Assembly: GCA_030537145.1 (NCBI GenBank)
Contig: JAUNON010000008.1
Location: forward strand, 1,532 to 65,531
Reading direction: 5' to 3'
Length of the DNA: 64,000 nt
From: Lachnospiraceae bacterium
GTDB taxonomy: Bacteria > Bacillota > Clostridia > Lachnospirales > Lachnospiraceae
Positions within the stretch are counted from its first letter, which is position 1. Every line of letters begins with the position of its first letter. Shown here piece by piece: positions 1 through 10,326 of this stretch. Position numbers and translations under genes: made by a program. The notes under the pieces are model-generated. The model saw nothing but the letters and a program-made list of their open reading frames with translations. It made no database searches and had not been told where the DNA came from.

Positions 1-388
1 CCTCCGCAAAAGCAGAATGATCCTTCCAGAGATGGAACATGGCATTTTCATTTTCTTCAAATCCCGGAAGCAGCGCCAGCGGTGTTCCCTCCCGGTTCAC
101 CGGAACCGGTGTGGAGCCTGTGGTATCCACCCCAATTCCCACAACCGCCTTCCGCTCCTCCTCATTCAGCGGCTGCAAAGCTCCCCTGATGCACGCTTCA
201 AGCGCCTCCAGATAGTCCAATGGATGCTGCCGGAAAATACCCTGTTCCGGATGCTGGTACAATCCCTTTTTCCATCTTGGATAAAAGGCAGTCGTACTCC
301 CTGCGGTGGCTCCGCTCTCTGTATCCGCCACAATCGCCCGCACAGAGTCGCTTCCAAAATCCACACCTATTACATACTTTTTTCCCAT
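1..388 (-). CDS. araB: Ribulokinase (FGGY family), N-terminal part; the gene runs off the left edge
   Basis: My own translation of the frame missing from the ORF track (ATG at 388): MGKKYVIGVDFGSDSVRAIVADTESG..YPRWKKG..FRQHPLDYLEA..VVGIGVDTTGSTPVPV..NAMFHLWKDHSA. This tracks the E. coli AraB N-terminus motif by motif (from memory). Confidence 0.75.
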   Translation of the reverse strand, partial: MGKKYVIGVDFGSDSVRAIVADTESGATAGSTTAFYPRWKKGLYQHPEQGIFRQHPLDYLEALEACIRGALQPLNEEERKAVVGIGVDTTGSTPVPVNREGTPLALLPGFEENENAMFHLWKDHSAFAE

Positions 389-487
389 ATGTCATCCATC
401 CCATTTAGTTTCCTGTTTAATTTTGTTTGCGCTGCGCTTTGCCGCGCGATACACAGGCCGCCTGCTTCTGCGCAGCAAAACCGCTGC

Positions 488-1429
488 TTACTTTCTTGAA
501 ATAGCCTTCTTTGCTTTTTCCGCAATATTTTCAGGAGTAAGTCCGTATTTTTCCAGCAGGACTTTGGGCGCTGCGGAATGTCCGAACACATCCTCAACTC
601 CCACAAACTCTACCGGTACATTTTCCGTCCTGACCACCACCTCAGAAACGGCAGCTCCCAGACCGCCCACAATATTATGCTCTTCTGCGGTAACGATCGC
701 TCCGGTCTCTTTTGCCGCCTTCACAATGATGTCCCGGTCAATGGGCTTGATGGTATGCATATCGATCACTCTTGCGCTGATACCCTCTTTTTCCAGAAGC
801 TTCTGCGCCTTCAGCGCCTCCTGTACCATCAGCCCGCAGGCAATGATCGTCACATCCTTTCCGTCCGTCAGCTCCACGCCCTTCCCGATCTCAAATTTGT
901 AATTTTCAAAACCATCGGTGACGCATTCCACCGCCGGACGGCCCGTGCGGAAATAGCAGGGACCCTGATAATCCAGCATGGCCTTTGTAGCCAGACGCAC
1001 TTCGTTGGAATCGCAGGGAACGATAACCGTCATGCCGGGAATCGTACGCATCAGGCTGATATCCTCAATACACTGATGGGTCGCTCCATCCTCACCTACG
1101 GTCAGTCCCGCATGGCTTCCGATCACTTTTACATTCAGTCCGGGATATGCCACATTATTTCTTACCTGATCGTAAACACGTCCTGCCGCAAAAATCGCAA
1201 AGGTATGTACCAGCGCCGTTGCCCCGCAGGTAGCAAAGCCGGCAGCAATATCGACCATGTTTGCTTCTGCAATACCGATATTATAAAAGCGGTCGGGATA
1301 TTTCTCCGCAAAATAGGTGGTCATAGTACATTTCTTCAGGTCCGCATCAAACACATAAATCTTTTCATCGTTGCCGAACTCTACCAGTGCACGCCCGTAT
1401 GCCTCTCTTGTTGAAATATTCTCACCCAT
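488..1429 (-). CDS. Transketolase, C-terminal (pyrimidine-binding) subunit of a split transketolase
   Basis: 313 aa: MGENISTREAYGRALVEFG..NIGIAEANMV..THQCIEDISLMR. It lies 4 nt downstream of the N-terminal subunit gene. Confidence 0.9.
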   Translation of the reverse strand: MGENISTREAYGRALVEFGNDEKIYVFDADLKKCTMTTYFAEKYPDRFYNIGIAEANMVDIAAGFATCGATALVHTFAIFAAGRVYDQVRNNVAYPGLNVKVIGSHAGLTVGEDGATHQCIEDISLMRTIPGMTVIVPCDSNEVRLATKAMLDYQGPCYFRTGRPAVECVTDGFENYKFEIGKGVELTDGKDVTIIACGLMVQEALKAQKLLEKEGISARVIDMHTIKPIDRDIIVKAAKETGAIVTAEEHNIVGGLGAAVSEVVVRTENVPVEFVGVEDVFGHSAAPKVLLEKYGLTPENIAEKAKKAISRK

Positions 1430-1432
1430 TTT

Positions 1433-2272
1433 CTAACCCTCCAATTCCGCAATTCTTGCATCTAACTCAGCAAAGCAGGCCGGCCATTCCTCCGGCTTCG
1501 GCTGTCCTCCATGGAAATCCACATTGTTCTCAAATAAGGACACGCCCTTTCCCTTTACGGTATCTGCTACGATCACAGTGGGCTTTCCTTTCACGGCAGA
1601 AGCCAGTTCCACCGCATTTGCGATCTGCTCCACGTCATGCCCGTTCACTTCCAGCACATTCCAGCCGAACGCACGGAATTTTTCTCCGATCGGGTACGGA
1701 GACATTACCTCCTCCAGAGAGCCGTCCAACTGCAGCTTATTGTTGTCCACAAATGCGATCAGATTGTCTGCTTTATAGAAGCCTGCGCACATGGCGGCCT
1801 CCCACACCTGTCCTTCCTGGATCTCGCCGTCGCCCAGGATGCAGAAGGCACGGTTTCCGGCATGGACTGCCTTGCTGTACAGAGCCATTCCCAATGCAAC
1901 GGAAAGTCCCTGGCCAAGAGAACCGGCAGACATATCTACGCCCGGAACATGAATTTCCACATGTCCGGAAAGATCACTGTCAATCTTCCGGAAGGTAGAC
2001 AGATGCTCCACCGGGAAAAATCCCCGCAATGCCAGCGTGGCATACAGCGCCGGGGAACAGTGGCCTTTTGAAAGGACCAGTCTGTCACGATCCGCCTTTT
2101 TCGGATCTGCCGGATCAATCTTCATTTTATCAAAATACAGTACAGAAAGAATTTCTCCGAGAGAAAATGAGCCGCCGATATGTCCTGAGCCTGCTGTCTG
2201 AATCGTCTGCAGTGCGGTTTTGCGGATGCGTGCCGCCCACAGTTCTAATTCTTTTTTCTTGTCGCTGTTCAT
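1433..2272 (-). CDS. Transketolase, N-terminal (TPP-binding) subunit
   Basis: 279 aa with SGHIGGSFS and the GDGEIQEG thiamine-diphosphate motif. Confidence 0.9.
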   Translation of the reverse strand: MNSDKKKELELWAARIRKTALQTIQTAGSGHIGGSFSLGEILSVLYFDKMKIDPADPKKADRDRLVLSKGHCSPALYATLALRGFFPVEHLSTFRKIDSDLSGHVEIHVPGVDMSAGSLGQGLSVALGMALYSKAVHAGNRAFCILGDGEIQEGQVWEAAMCAGFYKADNLIAFVDNNKLQLDGSLEEVMSPYPIGEKFRAFGWNVLEVNGHDVEQIANAVELASAVKGKPTVIVADTVKGKGVSLFENNVDFHGGQPKPEEWPACFAELDARIAELEG

Positions 2273-2294
2273 AGTTCTTTCTCCTTTTTCTATC

Positions 2295-3281
2295 TTATTT
2301 TGCGGAATTCTGTTTCTTCTGCTTCATCATATCCACATATACTGCCGCAATAATAATGATACCCTTTAATACAAACTGCCAGTAAGAGTTTACATGCATC
2401 AGATTCAATCCGTTCGAAATCAGTCCGATGATCAGAACGCCGATCAAAAGACCGCCTACGGATCCGGTGCCGCCAAAGAACGAGGTGCCTCCCAGCACTG
2501 CTGCTGCGATTGCATCGGTCTCATAGCCTTCTCCGGTAGCCGGCTGTCCGGATGCAAGACGGGATGCCAGCACAACACCGCAGAAGCCTGCCAGCGTGCC
2601 GCTGATGGTCCAAACCAGAATTTTGATCTTCTTTACGTTGATACCAGAAAAACGTGCGGAAACCTCATTTCCGCCCACCGCATAAATGTGACGTCCTGTC
2701 TGCGTCTTATTCAAAAACAGGAAATCCAAAATCAGGAAAATAATCATGTAAACCACAGGAAGCGGAATCGGTCCGAGAGATCCCTGACCAATGGCTGCAA
2801 AACCATCGTTTCCGTAAGCGGTTACGGGAGAACCATTTGCCACCAGGTAAGCAGTACCACGGCAGATAGACTGCATAGCCAGCGTAACTACAAAGGGATG
2901 AATTCCTGTATATGCCACAATGAAACCATTCAGAAAACCAATTACAAGACCGATCAGAACACCAAATACCACTGCAACGCTTACCGGCATTCCCCACCAC
3001 TGGAACGCAGCCACCGTCATAACACCGCTGAGTGCGGCCAGTGCGCCTCCGGTCAGATCGATACCGGCCAGAATAATAGCCATCTGAACACCGATTGCCA
3101 GATAGCAGTTCGTTGCGCAGGTTCTAAGCAGATTCAGCAGATTTTTCTGCGTTAAGAAGTTTTTGCCGAAAATTGAGAAAATCACGATCAGGATTCCCAA
3201 TCCTGCTAAAATACCCCAGTTTTGACTAAAATAGTCTTTGACTGCCCTTCCGACAGCACTCTGTGATTTGTTTTTATTCAT
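2295..3281 (-). CDS. Sugar ABC transporter permease (RbsC/AraH-like)
   Basis: Polytopic hydrophobic protein typical of ribose-type permeases. The start was chosen at MNKNKSQ, overlapping the ATPase stop; the longest ORF reaches 3302. Confidence 0.85.
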   Translation of the reverse strand: MNKNKSQSAVGRAVKDYFSQNWGILAGLGILIVIFSIFGKNFLTQKNLLNLLRTCATNCYLAIGVQMAIILAGIDLTGGALAALSGVMTVAAFQWWGMPVSVAVVFGVLIGLVIGFLNGFIVAYTGIHPFVVTLAMQSICRGTAYLVANGSPVTAYGNDGFAAIGQGSLGPIPLPVVYMIIFLILDFLFLNKTQTGRHIYAVGGNEVSARFSGINVKKIKILVWTISGTLAGFCGVVLASRLASGQPATGEGYETDAIAAAVLGGTSFFGGTGSVGGLLIGVLIIGLISNGLNLMHVNSYWQFVLKGIIIIAAVYVDMMKQKKQNSAK

Positions 3282-4773
3282 TGTCCGATACCCCCATTGC
3301 ATATTTCAGTATTTTTTCCTGATTCATTTCTTCATGAGTAAGCTCACCAGTGATATGACCTTCCTTCATAACGATGATGCGGTCGCTCATATTCATTGCC
3401 TCCGGCATCTCGGAAGAAATCAGAACGATTGCCAGGCCTTCCTTTGCCAGATTGTTGATAATCGTATAGATCTCCGCCTTTGCGCCTACATCAATTCCTC
3501 TGGTCGGTTCATCCAGAATTAAAATCTTCGGATCCGTAGCCAGCCATTTTGCCAGAAGGACCTTCTGCTGATTTCCGCCGGACAAAGTAGAGCAGTTTAC
3601 TCTGGAAGAGGGTGTTTTTACCCGAAGCGCCTTTACGCCGTTCTCAACTATTTCATCTTCCTTCTGCGTATTTACCCGCAGCGCTTTGATAAAACGATAT
3701 AAAACCGGAAGCGTAATATTAAACCGTATGGTATTGCTGAGAAGAAGGCCCTCTATTTTACGGTTTTCCGGAACAAGCGCAACCCCCTGACGCTGCATAA
3801 AAATAGGATCGTGTTTTGTTACCTTTTTACCCTCCAGATAAACCTCTCCGGAATCCATGGGATCCAGTCCCATGATCGCCTTCATCAGCTCCGAACGTCC
3901 TGCGCCAACCAAACCGTAAAATCCTACGATTTCGCCGCTGCGTATCTGGAAGCTGCAATCCACCGCCCGTTTTCCTGCGGTAACATTCTTTGCCTCCAGC
4001 ATCACACGGCCCGGCTCATTAAAGGTACGCACATAATAGTTTCCAAGGTCACGGCCCACCATCATGGAGATCAATTCACTCTCCGTACATTCCGAGGATC
4101 TGCGGGAGCCCATAAACTCGCCGTCTCTCATAATCGTTACCGCATCACAAAGCTGGAATACCTCTGCCATCTTATGCGTAATGAAAATAATACCCATCCC
4201 CTGCTTCTTCAGGTCGTTTACCGTCTTAAACAGGATATCCACTTCCTTTTCAGAAAGGGAAGATGTGGGCTCATCCAGAATCAGGATTTTCGCATTCAGG
4301 GAAAAGGATTTTGCGATTTCCACCATCTGCTGCTGTCCCAGCGATAACTGTCTTACATACTGATTCGGATCAATATTCAGACCCACCCGCTCCAGATACG
4401 GTCTTGCAGCCTCCGCCATCTTATCCTTGCTGACCATTCCCATAGAGTTTTTCATCTCACGGCCCAGGAAAATATTTTCCGCAATCGTAAGATACGGCTC
4501 CAAAGCCAGCTCCTGATGAATAAACGCAACGCCCAAAGCCTGAGACTCATGAATCGAATGAATCTCCACCTTTTTTCCCTCAATATATATATCACCGGAA
4601 TCTGCCGGGAATACACCGCCCAGCACATTCATCAGCGTAGACTTTCCTGCGCCGTTCTCGCCCATGAAGCCCATCACTTCCCCGGCGTGTACCGTGATTG
4701 CTGCGTTATTCAGCGCCTTAACACCCGGAAAAGTCTTTACAATGTTCTCCATACGTAACAGTTCTTTCTGCAT
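3274..4773 (-). CDS. Sugar ABC transporter ATP-binding protein with two fused ABC domains (RbsA-like)
   Basis: Two Walker A motifs (GENGAGKST, GLVGAGRSE) and two signature motifs (LSLGQQQ, LSGGNQQK). The start was chosen at MQKELLRMENI behind AAGGAG; the longest ORF reaches 4827. Confidence 0.9.
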   Translation of the reverse strand: MQKELLRMENIVKTFPGVKALNNAAITVHAGEVMGFMGENGAGKSTLMNVLGGVFPADSGDIYIEGKKVEIHSIHESQALGVAFIHQELALEPYLTIAENIFLGREMKNSMGMVSKDKMAEAARPYLERVGLNIDPNQYVRQLSLGQQQMVEIAKSFSLNAKILILDEPTSSLSEKEVDILFKTVNDLKKQGMGIIFITHKMAEVFQLCDAVTIMRDGEFMGSRRSSECTESELISMMVGRDLGNYYVRTFNEPGRVMLEAKNVTAGKRAVDCSFQIRSGEIVGFYGLVGAGRSELMKAIMGLDPMDSGEVYLEGKKVTKHDPIFMQRQGVALVPENRKIEGLLLSNTIRFNITLPVLYRFIKALRVNTQKEDEIVENGVKALRVKTPSSRVNCSTLSGGNQQKVLLAKWLATDPKILILDEPTRGIDVGAKAEIYTIINNLAKEGLAIVLISSEMPEAMNMSDRIIVMKEGHITGELTHEEMNQEKILKYAMGVSDNE

Positions 4774-4835
4774 TTTGTCACTCCTTTTACACACAGAAAA
4801 CCCGCTGACGGCAGCTTTTCTGTACACTTAGGTAT

Positions 4836-4881
4836 AAAAAGCTGCCGGAGGACTACTTTCGTAAACCCCGGCAGCTTTTTT
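4836..4881 (-). terminator. Intra-operon hairpin with T-run after the binding-protein gene
   Basis: AAAAAGCTGCCGG ... CCGGCAGCTTTTT inverted repeat between the SBP stop (4928) and the ATPase start. On the minus strand the stem is followed by TTTTTA. Confidence 0.5.
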
Positions 4882-4927
4882 GCATTTCACATTATTTCAA
4901 TATCTGTCAGGAATAATGCAATATTAC

Positions 4928-5875
4928 TTACTGCCAATCTGAGATATCGAAATCAGCAATATTTTCACCAGTGATCAGCTCTACATCAACAACCTGATCA
5001 TGTTCAACCTCTTCTCCGTTCAGTGTAGCGATTGCTGTCTCAACAGCGCTTGCACCGATTACGGACGGCTGCTGTGCTGCAGATGCAGTAGCGGAACCAT
5101 CTTCTACATAACCCATGAAATCCGGATTTCCGTCAACGCCGTAGATCAGGATATCCTCTTTTCCTGCTGCGGAGCAAGCCTGTACGCAGCCAAGAGCGCC
5201 CATATCATTGATGCAGAAGAAAGCAGCCAGGTCATCGTCTGCAGTCAGAACGTCCTCTGCAGCGGTCATGGTCTTTGCAGTATCGCCCTCTGTATCAGTG
5301 GTGGAAACGATCTCGAAATAATCGCCAACGGTATCAATGAAGCCCTGCTCACGCTGTACGCAGGCAGTACCGGACGGCTGGTTCATAACTGCAACCTTGG
5401 AGCCTTCCTCCAGCTTGCTCATCATATCTTCTGCACATACAACGCCTGCTTTATAGTTATCGGATGCAATGATTGCTGCAACCTTATCTACAGCATCTAC
5501 AGCGGTATCTACGTTGATTACCGGGATACCTGCTTCTTCACATGCCAGAAGAGCCTCAGTTACTGCGGTACAATCCATCGGAGCCAGGATGATCGCATCT
5601 ACTTCCTGTGCGATCAGGTCATTTACGTAGTTATTCATGGTTGCCTGATCACTGTTGGCATCTACGGTCACAAGCTGGCTGGAGGGATCCATTCCGAGCT
5701 CTTCCATCTTCGCAGTGATACCGCCCATCATAGCGGACCAGAACGGGTTGTTCATTGTGGTAGGTACATATGCCAGAGTAACCTCTTCCAAATTCACTTC
5801 TTCAGCAAGAGCGGTCATTCCCATAGATCCTGCCATTACAGCCGCCATCGTCAGTACTGCTAATCTTTTCTTCAT
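4928..5875 (-). CDS. Sugar ABC transporter substrate-binding protein (type I periplasmic-binding fold)
   Basis: 315 aa with the N-terminal signal-like segment MKKRLAVLTMAAVMAGSMGMTALA, then VTLAYVPTTMNNPFW, typical of ribose/arabinose-family binding proteins. Confidence 0.85.
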   Translation of the reverse strand: MKKRLAVLTMAAVMAGSMGMTALAEEVNLEEVTLAYVPTTMNNPFWSAMMGGITAKMEELGMDPSSQLVTVDANSDQATMNNYVNDLIAQEVDAIILAPMDCTAVTEALLACEEAGIPVINVDTAVDAVDKVAAIIASDNYKAGVVCAEDMMSKLEEGSKVAVMNQPSGTACVQREQGFIDTVGDYFEIVSTTDTEGDTAKTMTAAEDVLTADDDLAAFFCINDMGALGCVQACSAAGKEDILIYGVDGNPDFMGYVEDGSATASAAQQPSVIGASAVETAIATLNGEEVEHDQVVDVELITGENIADFDISDWQ

Positions 5876-6090
5876 CTTTTCAATCTCCTTTTTTCATTTA
5901 TTATTTATCCCCTGCCCCGCCTGCGCTTCACCGGTCACATGGTCCTAGGCCCCACAATTCCGTTTCCGCTTAGCGTCACGGGGAATATTTACACAATCCC
6001 AGATGCTGTCTCTTACTGCGTACCTTTCCTGCCAGCCGTTTATCCTTCCATACCCGTCTTTTCTGAAACCATTATCCTTCTGCGCTCATT

Positions 6091-7347
6091 CTATTCCTGC
6101 GCCTGTCCGTCGTTTTGTATCCGGTCCGCCCTGGCCTGACTGATCAGGCTGAAAATATCTTCTTTTACCAGACGCTCCAGTGTATAATAATATCCTCCCA
6201 GAAGGAACGAATCTTCATTTAACCTGGAAAAACGGATTACAGCGCAATCCACCACATAAGGCGGCACGCATTTTCGGATGGACTCCTTTACTTTCGAAAG
6301 GAAATGTTCTGTCTCGGGATAATCCGGCCCGATAATAATGCAGTCCGGATTTACGGTATAGATAATGTTGGCAATTCCATACCCCAGCATCCATGCCATT
6401 TTTTCTACTGCCCATACGGCCAGCAGATCACCCTTTCGGTATTCCTCCAGCACTTCCTGATAAGTGCTGTTTTCCGTCAGCGGACTGTCCGGAAATTCCG
6501 TCAGCCGTTCTCTGACATATCGTACAATACTTTCTGAACCGGCACAGTATTCATACGTACCGGCCCTTTCATAGCCCAGCCGGTTGCCATTGTAATTAAT
6601 TCCCATATAGCCCACTTCGCCGGCCAGTCCAAGATGACCATTCATAATGGCCCCGTTCACCACAAAGCCTGCGCCGATACCATAGCCTCTTGATCTTACA
6701 ACTGCCAGGCTCGCACGCTCGATTCCGCAGATTTCCTCTGCGCATCTCCATTCCGCATAAGCGGAAAGCTTTGCGTCATGCTTTACCAGCACACGCTTTT
6801 GAAGAACCTTCTCCAATTCCTGGCGGATATTCACCTGGCTCAGCTCTTCAAATTCCGAAACCATAAAGATTTCTTCGTTCTCCTCCGGCCGGTTGATAAA
6901 CAATCCCGGCACCGCCAGACAGATGCCTATGATTCTGCTGCTTCCAAACTGCGAAACCAGCTCCTGTGCATCCTTCTTCATTTTCTCCACGATCTGAAGA
7001 ATTGTTTCGTTCTTTTTAAAACGATACCTGAGATACTTTTCCTGTCTCCCGTAAAGAGTAAAGATGCTGAACTGATAATCCTTACGGGTAATTCCCACCG
7101 ACATCAGATAGATATCATCCACACGCAGGCAGATTTTCTCGCCCCGTCTCCCTGCCGCAGTATCACCGTCCACACCAACAAGCTCCATATCATAAAATTC
7201 ATTGATGATGTTCGTGATCGTAGCCTTCTGCAGATTCAACGTTGCCGCCAGGTCTGTCCTTGTCATGCTTCCTCTTTCAAGAAGCGTCCGAAATACCAGT
7301 ACCCGGTTATTCCTTTGCATCTCGGTGCTGTTCATGCCCTTTTTCAT
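6091..7347 (-). CDS. ROK-family transcriptional regulator (N-terminal wHTH plus sugar-kinase-like domain)
   Basis: NNRVLVFRTLLERGSMTRTDLAATLNLQKATITNII HTH, followed by a ROK body. The ATG at 7347 lies 8 nt after GGAGG; the 7362 start in the track is a TTG inside that RBS. Confidence 0.85.
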   Translation of the reverse strand: MKKGMNSTEMQRNNRVLVFRTLLERGSMTRTDLAATLNLQKATITNIINEFYDMELVGVDGDTAAGRRGEKICLRVDDIYLMSVGITRKDYQFSIFTLYGRQEKYLRYRFKKNETILQIVEKMKKDAQELVSQFGSSRIIGICLAVPGLFINRPEENEEIFMVSEFEELSQVNIRQELEKVLQKRVLVKHDAKLSAYAEWRCAEEICGIERASLAVVRSRGYGIGAGFVVNGAIMNGHLGLAGEVGYMGINYNGNRLGYERAGTYEYCAGSESIVRYVRERLTEFPDSPLTENSTYQEVLEEYRKGDLLAVWAVEKMAWMLGYGIANIIYTVNPDCIIIGPDYPETEHFLSKVKESIRKCVPPYVVDCAVIRFSRLNEDSFLLGGYYYTLERLVKEDIFSLISQARADRIQNDGQAQE

Positions 7348-7450
7348 AAGTTTTTCCTCCAAACTCTTATGTTAAATAAATTAACTTTACCACCGGTCCT
7401 TTGTCGTGTTTGTGTTTATTGAAAAAACTTATTTTCTCTTGACACTTTCG

Positions 7451-7479
7451 ATTTTAGCCCTTTTCCTAGGGAAAGTCAA
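7451..7479 (-). promoter_or_regulatory. Predicted sigma-A promoter of the ROK regulator gene
   Basis: Minus-strand TTGACT-N17-TAAAAT (-35 at 7474-7479, -10 at 7451-7456). It is embedded in an imperfect inverted repeat, TTGACaCTTTC..GAAAGTCAA. Confidence 0.4.
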
Positions 7480-7707
7480 CTTATTTTTGACAAATTAATG
7501 CACAATCTTTGTGCTTTGTGTTTGTCGAATGTTCACAAAATCATATTTATAATAACTTTTGATACTTTTAAAATATATCAGACCTATTATACTCCATCCG
7601 GGAGAAAACAGCATACGATTCTTGACTTTTTCTGTTCAGGATGTAAACTATAAATATAAGATAGCGAATCGTTTTACAAATTTTATTGAGAAAGGCAGAA
7701 AATCATT

Positions 7708-8778
7708 ATGAAAAAAATTGTCCTGACAGGGGGCGGTACAGCCGGACACGTTACCCCCAATATTGCATTAATGCCAAAACTAAAAGAATTAGGATATGAA
7801 ATTCATTATATAGGCTCCTATGACGGTATTGAAAAAAAACTGATCGAACAAATAGGAATTCCCTATTACGGTATCTCCTCCGGCAAGCTGCGCCGTTATT
7901 TTGACTGGAAAAACTTTACTGACCCCTTCCGGGTCATCAAGGGGTTTGGGGAAGCGAAAAAGCTTCTTAAAAAAATACAGCCGGATGTGGTATTTTCAAA
8001 AGGAGGATTTGTTACCGTACCAGTTGTACAGGCAGCAAAAAAATGCCATATCCCCACCATTATTCATGAGTCAGATATGACCCCGGGACTGGCAAACAAG
8101 CTGGCCCTTCCCGCAGCCACAAAGGTTTGCTGTAATTTTCCGGAAACGGTCAAGTACCTTCCGGAGGGAAAAGCCGTACTCACCGGTTCTCCCATCCGCC
8201 AGGAGCTGATGCACGGCAACAAGCTGGCTGCTCTGAATTTCTGCGGCTTTACCGCCGGAAAACCAGTGCTTCTGATTATCGGCGGCAGCCTGGGTTCGGT
8301 AGCAGTCAACACTGCGATCCGCAAGATTCTTCCCCAGCTTCTGGAGACCTTCCAGGTCATTCATCTGTGCGGAAAAGGAAATCTGGACGAAACCCTCACT
8401 CATACGGAAGGCTATGTACAGTACGAATATATCCAGGAGCAGCTCCCAGATCTGTTTGCACTGGCAGACATCGTAGTATCCCGGGCAGGCGCCAACGCCA
8501 TCTGCGAGCTGCTGGCTCTGCGAAAACCCAACCTGCTGATTCCGCTTTCCGCAGCAGCAAGCCGGGGAGATCAGATCCTCAATGCAAATTCCTTCCAGCA
8601 GCAGGGATTCTCCAAGGTGCTTCAGGAAGAACAGATTACCGATCAGCTTCTGCTATCTGCAATTCTGGATTTGTATGAAAACAGAAGCGCTTTCATCACT
8701 GCCATGGAAACCAGCAGTCAAAGCGATGCTATTTCAAAAATCACCACCCTCATTGAGGAGGCTTCCATCAAACGTTAA
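7708..8778 (+). CDS. murG: Undecaprenyldiphospho-muramoylpentapeptide beta-N-acetylglucosaminyltransferase
   Basis: 356 aa: [21 protein letters not shown]..; length and motifs are typical of MurG. Confidence 0.9.
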   Translation: MKKIVLTGGGTAGHVTPNIALMPKLKELGYEIHYIGSYDGIEKKLIEQIGIPYYGISSGKLRRYFDWKNFTDPFRVIKGFGEAKKLLKKIQPDVVFSKGGFVTVPVVQAAKKCHIPTIIHESDMTPGLANKLALPAATKVCCNFPETVKYLPEGKAVLTGSPIRQELMHGNKLAALNFCGFTAGKPVLLIIGGSLGSVAVNTAIRKILPQLLETFQVIHLCGKGNLDETLTHTEGYVQYEYIQEQLPDLFALADIVVSRAGANAICELLALRKPNLLIPLSAAASRGDQILNANSFQQQGFSKVLQEEQITDQLLLSAILDLYENRSAFITAMETSSQSDAISKITTLIEEASIKR

Positions 8779-8835
8779 TATGCCAGCCTGTCTTTCAAGA
8801 CAGGAACTGTCGAAAAATCAAAAAGCAGAAGAATC

Positions 8836-8890
8836 GTAACTGTTCAGCCCAGGGCTTTGCACTGGCGGCAAAACCCGTAAGAACAAGTGA
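8836..8890. repeat. Decayed copy of the GTAAC-N-GTTCAGCC hairpin repeat
   Basis: GTAACTGTTCAGCCCAGGGCTTTGCACTGGC is identical over about 28 nt to 28560-28588. The right arm is degenerate. Confidence 0.6.
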
Positions 8891-8900
8891 CGGTTGAAAA

Positions 8901-8946
8901 GAAACCAGCCCTTTCGCCGAAGGCGAACTTTAAATGGGCTGGTTTC
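8901..8946 (-). terminator. Terminator of the HIT gene
   Basis: GAAACCAGCCC..GGGCTGGTTTC stem, followed on the minus strand by TTTTC. Confidence 0.55.
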
Positions 8947-8965
8947 CGTAACAGATTTGCAGCCT

Positions 8966-9376
8966 CTATCGAACCAAAGACAAAATCTCTTCTTTATCTT
9001 CCTCCGTCAATTTTCCCTGGTCCCAGGCAACCTTTACTTTACCCTCATCCCCTTTATATCTCGGAATCAGATGGATATGAAAATGAAATACGGTCTGGCC
9101 TGCCGGTTCCCCGTTATTCTGCAAAATATTAAACCCATCGCATTTCAATCCCTCCGTGAGGATACCGGCCATCTTTTTCGCAAGTACAAACGCCTTTCCC
9201 ACCAGTTCTTCCGGCATTTCATAAATATTTGCCGCATGTTCCTTCGGCAGTATCAATGCATGACCCTTCGAAGCCGGACCCAGATCCAGAATCACCCGGA
9301 AATCTTCATCCTCATAAAGGGTGGCTGAGGGGATCTCCCCATTCGCGATTTTACAAAAAATACAATCTTCTTTCAT
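8966..9376 (-). CDS. HIT-family (histidine triad) nucleotide hydrolase
   Basis: 136 aa with the HFHIHLIPR histidine-triad motif and an N-terminal CIFCKI. Confidence 0.9.
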   Translation of the reverse strand: MKEDCIFCKIANGEIPSATLYEDEDFRVILDLGPASKGHALILPKEHAANIYEMPEELVGKAFVLAKKMAGILTEGLKCDGFNILQNNGEPAGQTVFHFHIHLIPRYKGDEGKVKVAWDQGKLTEEDKEEILSLVR

Positions 9377-9560
9377 GTTCTACCTCCTGAATTTGTCCAC
9401 AGACAATGATTTCTGTCCTGCCCGCAGCCGCAGTGTTCATTTCTTCCGCACACATTGTATCCTGTTTTCGGCATACGATCCTTATTCTCTGCTCTGCGCA
9501 TCCGGATACTTTCCGCATCCTATCACACAGGCCTTGTCCTCATTATATCACACTATCCGC

Positions 9561-10199
9561 TTACCGGTTACGGAAAAAACGGGATTTTTCTCTGTCCAAA
9601 CCGCCTCTGCCATATCGATAGAGCAGGATACCCAGCAAAAACCCGCCGATAAGCCCGCCGATGTGTGCCGCATTATCCGTCCCCGTTTCGGAAAAGCCCT
9701 GAAGCACCGACAGCCCCGCCATCAGCGCCAGATTCCGGCTTGTCAAAGTTCCTACCCGTCCTTTGTTTCGGATTACAATGTACAGCAATGCACCGATTAC
9801 TGCGAAAATAGCCCCGGAGGCTCCGGCAGATACCGCATACCTCCCTGTCCTCATCTCCATCGCCACTGACAAAAGATTCCCGCCAAGTCCTCCGAAAAGA
9901 TAAATCAGCAGATATTTCACCGGGCCCATCAGCGTCTCCAGCATATCTCCCAAAAAGATCAGACAAACCATATTATTCAGCAGGTGATAAAGCCCAAAAT
10001 GCAGAAACATGGATGTAAAAAGGCGGTAATATTCTCCGTCCCCAACAGCCGGGCCGAAACAGGCTCCATGCTCCATCATAAATAGCCCGCTGTCTGTATC
10101 CCCCAGAACGCTCAGCCAGATAAAAACGATCACATTCACCGCCACCATCAGCAGATTCATTTTTTTCCTTGATCGGATAAACGCTATAGCCTCTTCCAT
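9561..10199 (-). CDS. Rhomboid-family intramembrane serine protease
   Basis: 212 aa multi-TM protein with FLHFGLYHLLNNM and the GASGAIFA catalytic-serine motif, plus a downstream AHIGG. Confidence 0.85.
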   Translation of the reverse strand: MEEAIAFIRSRKKMNLLMVAVNVIVFIWLSVLGDTDSGLFMMEHGACFGPAVGDGEYYRLFTSMFLHFGLYHLLNNMVCLIFLGDMLETLMGPVKYLLIYLFGGLGGNLLSVAMEMRTGRYAVSAGASGAIFAVIGALLYIVIRNKGRVGTLTSRNLALMAGLSVLQGFSETGTDNAAHIGGLIGGFLLGILLYRYGRGGLDREKSRFFRNR

Positions 10200-10326
10200 T
10201 TCATTTCCTGCCTTTACCTTATTTTAAATCCTTTCCTCTCAGGCGGAGATGATCCTTTCGATCCTCCTCAGATTGTTTCGGATTTATTTTTCTAGTATAC
10301 GCTGCGCAGGCCGGAAATACAATCCT

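Noticed and set aside
5000-5863. 287-aa ORF on the plus strand, opposite the sugar-binding-protein gene.
   Set aside because: The product is Cys/His/Ile-rich and nonsense-like, it has no RBS, and it is fully antisense to a gene with clear family features. It is a typical shadow ORF.
8787-8804. Hairpin CCTGTCTT-TCA-AGACAGG just after murG, as a terminator.
   Set aside because: The stem is real, but no T-run follows on the plus strand. It is left unannotated as a terminator.
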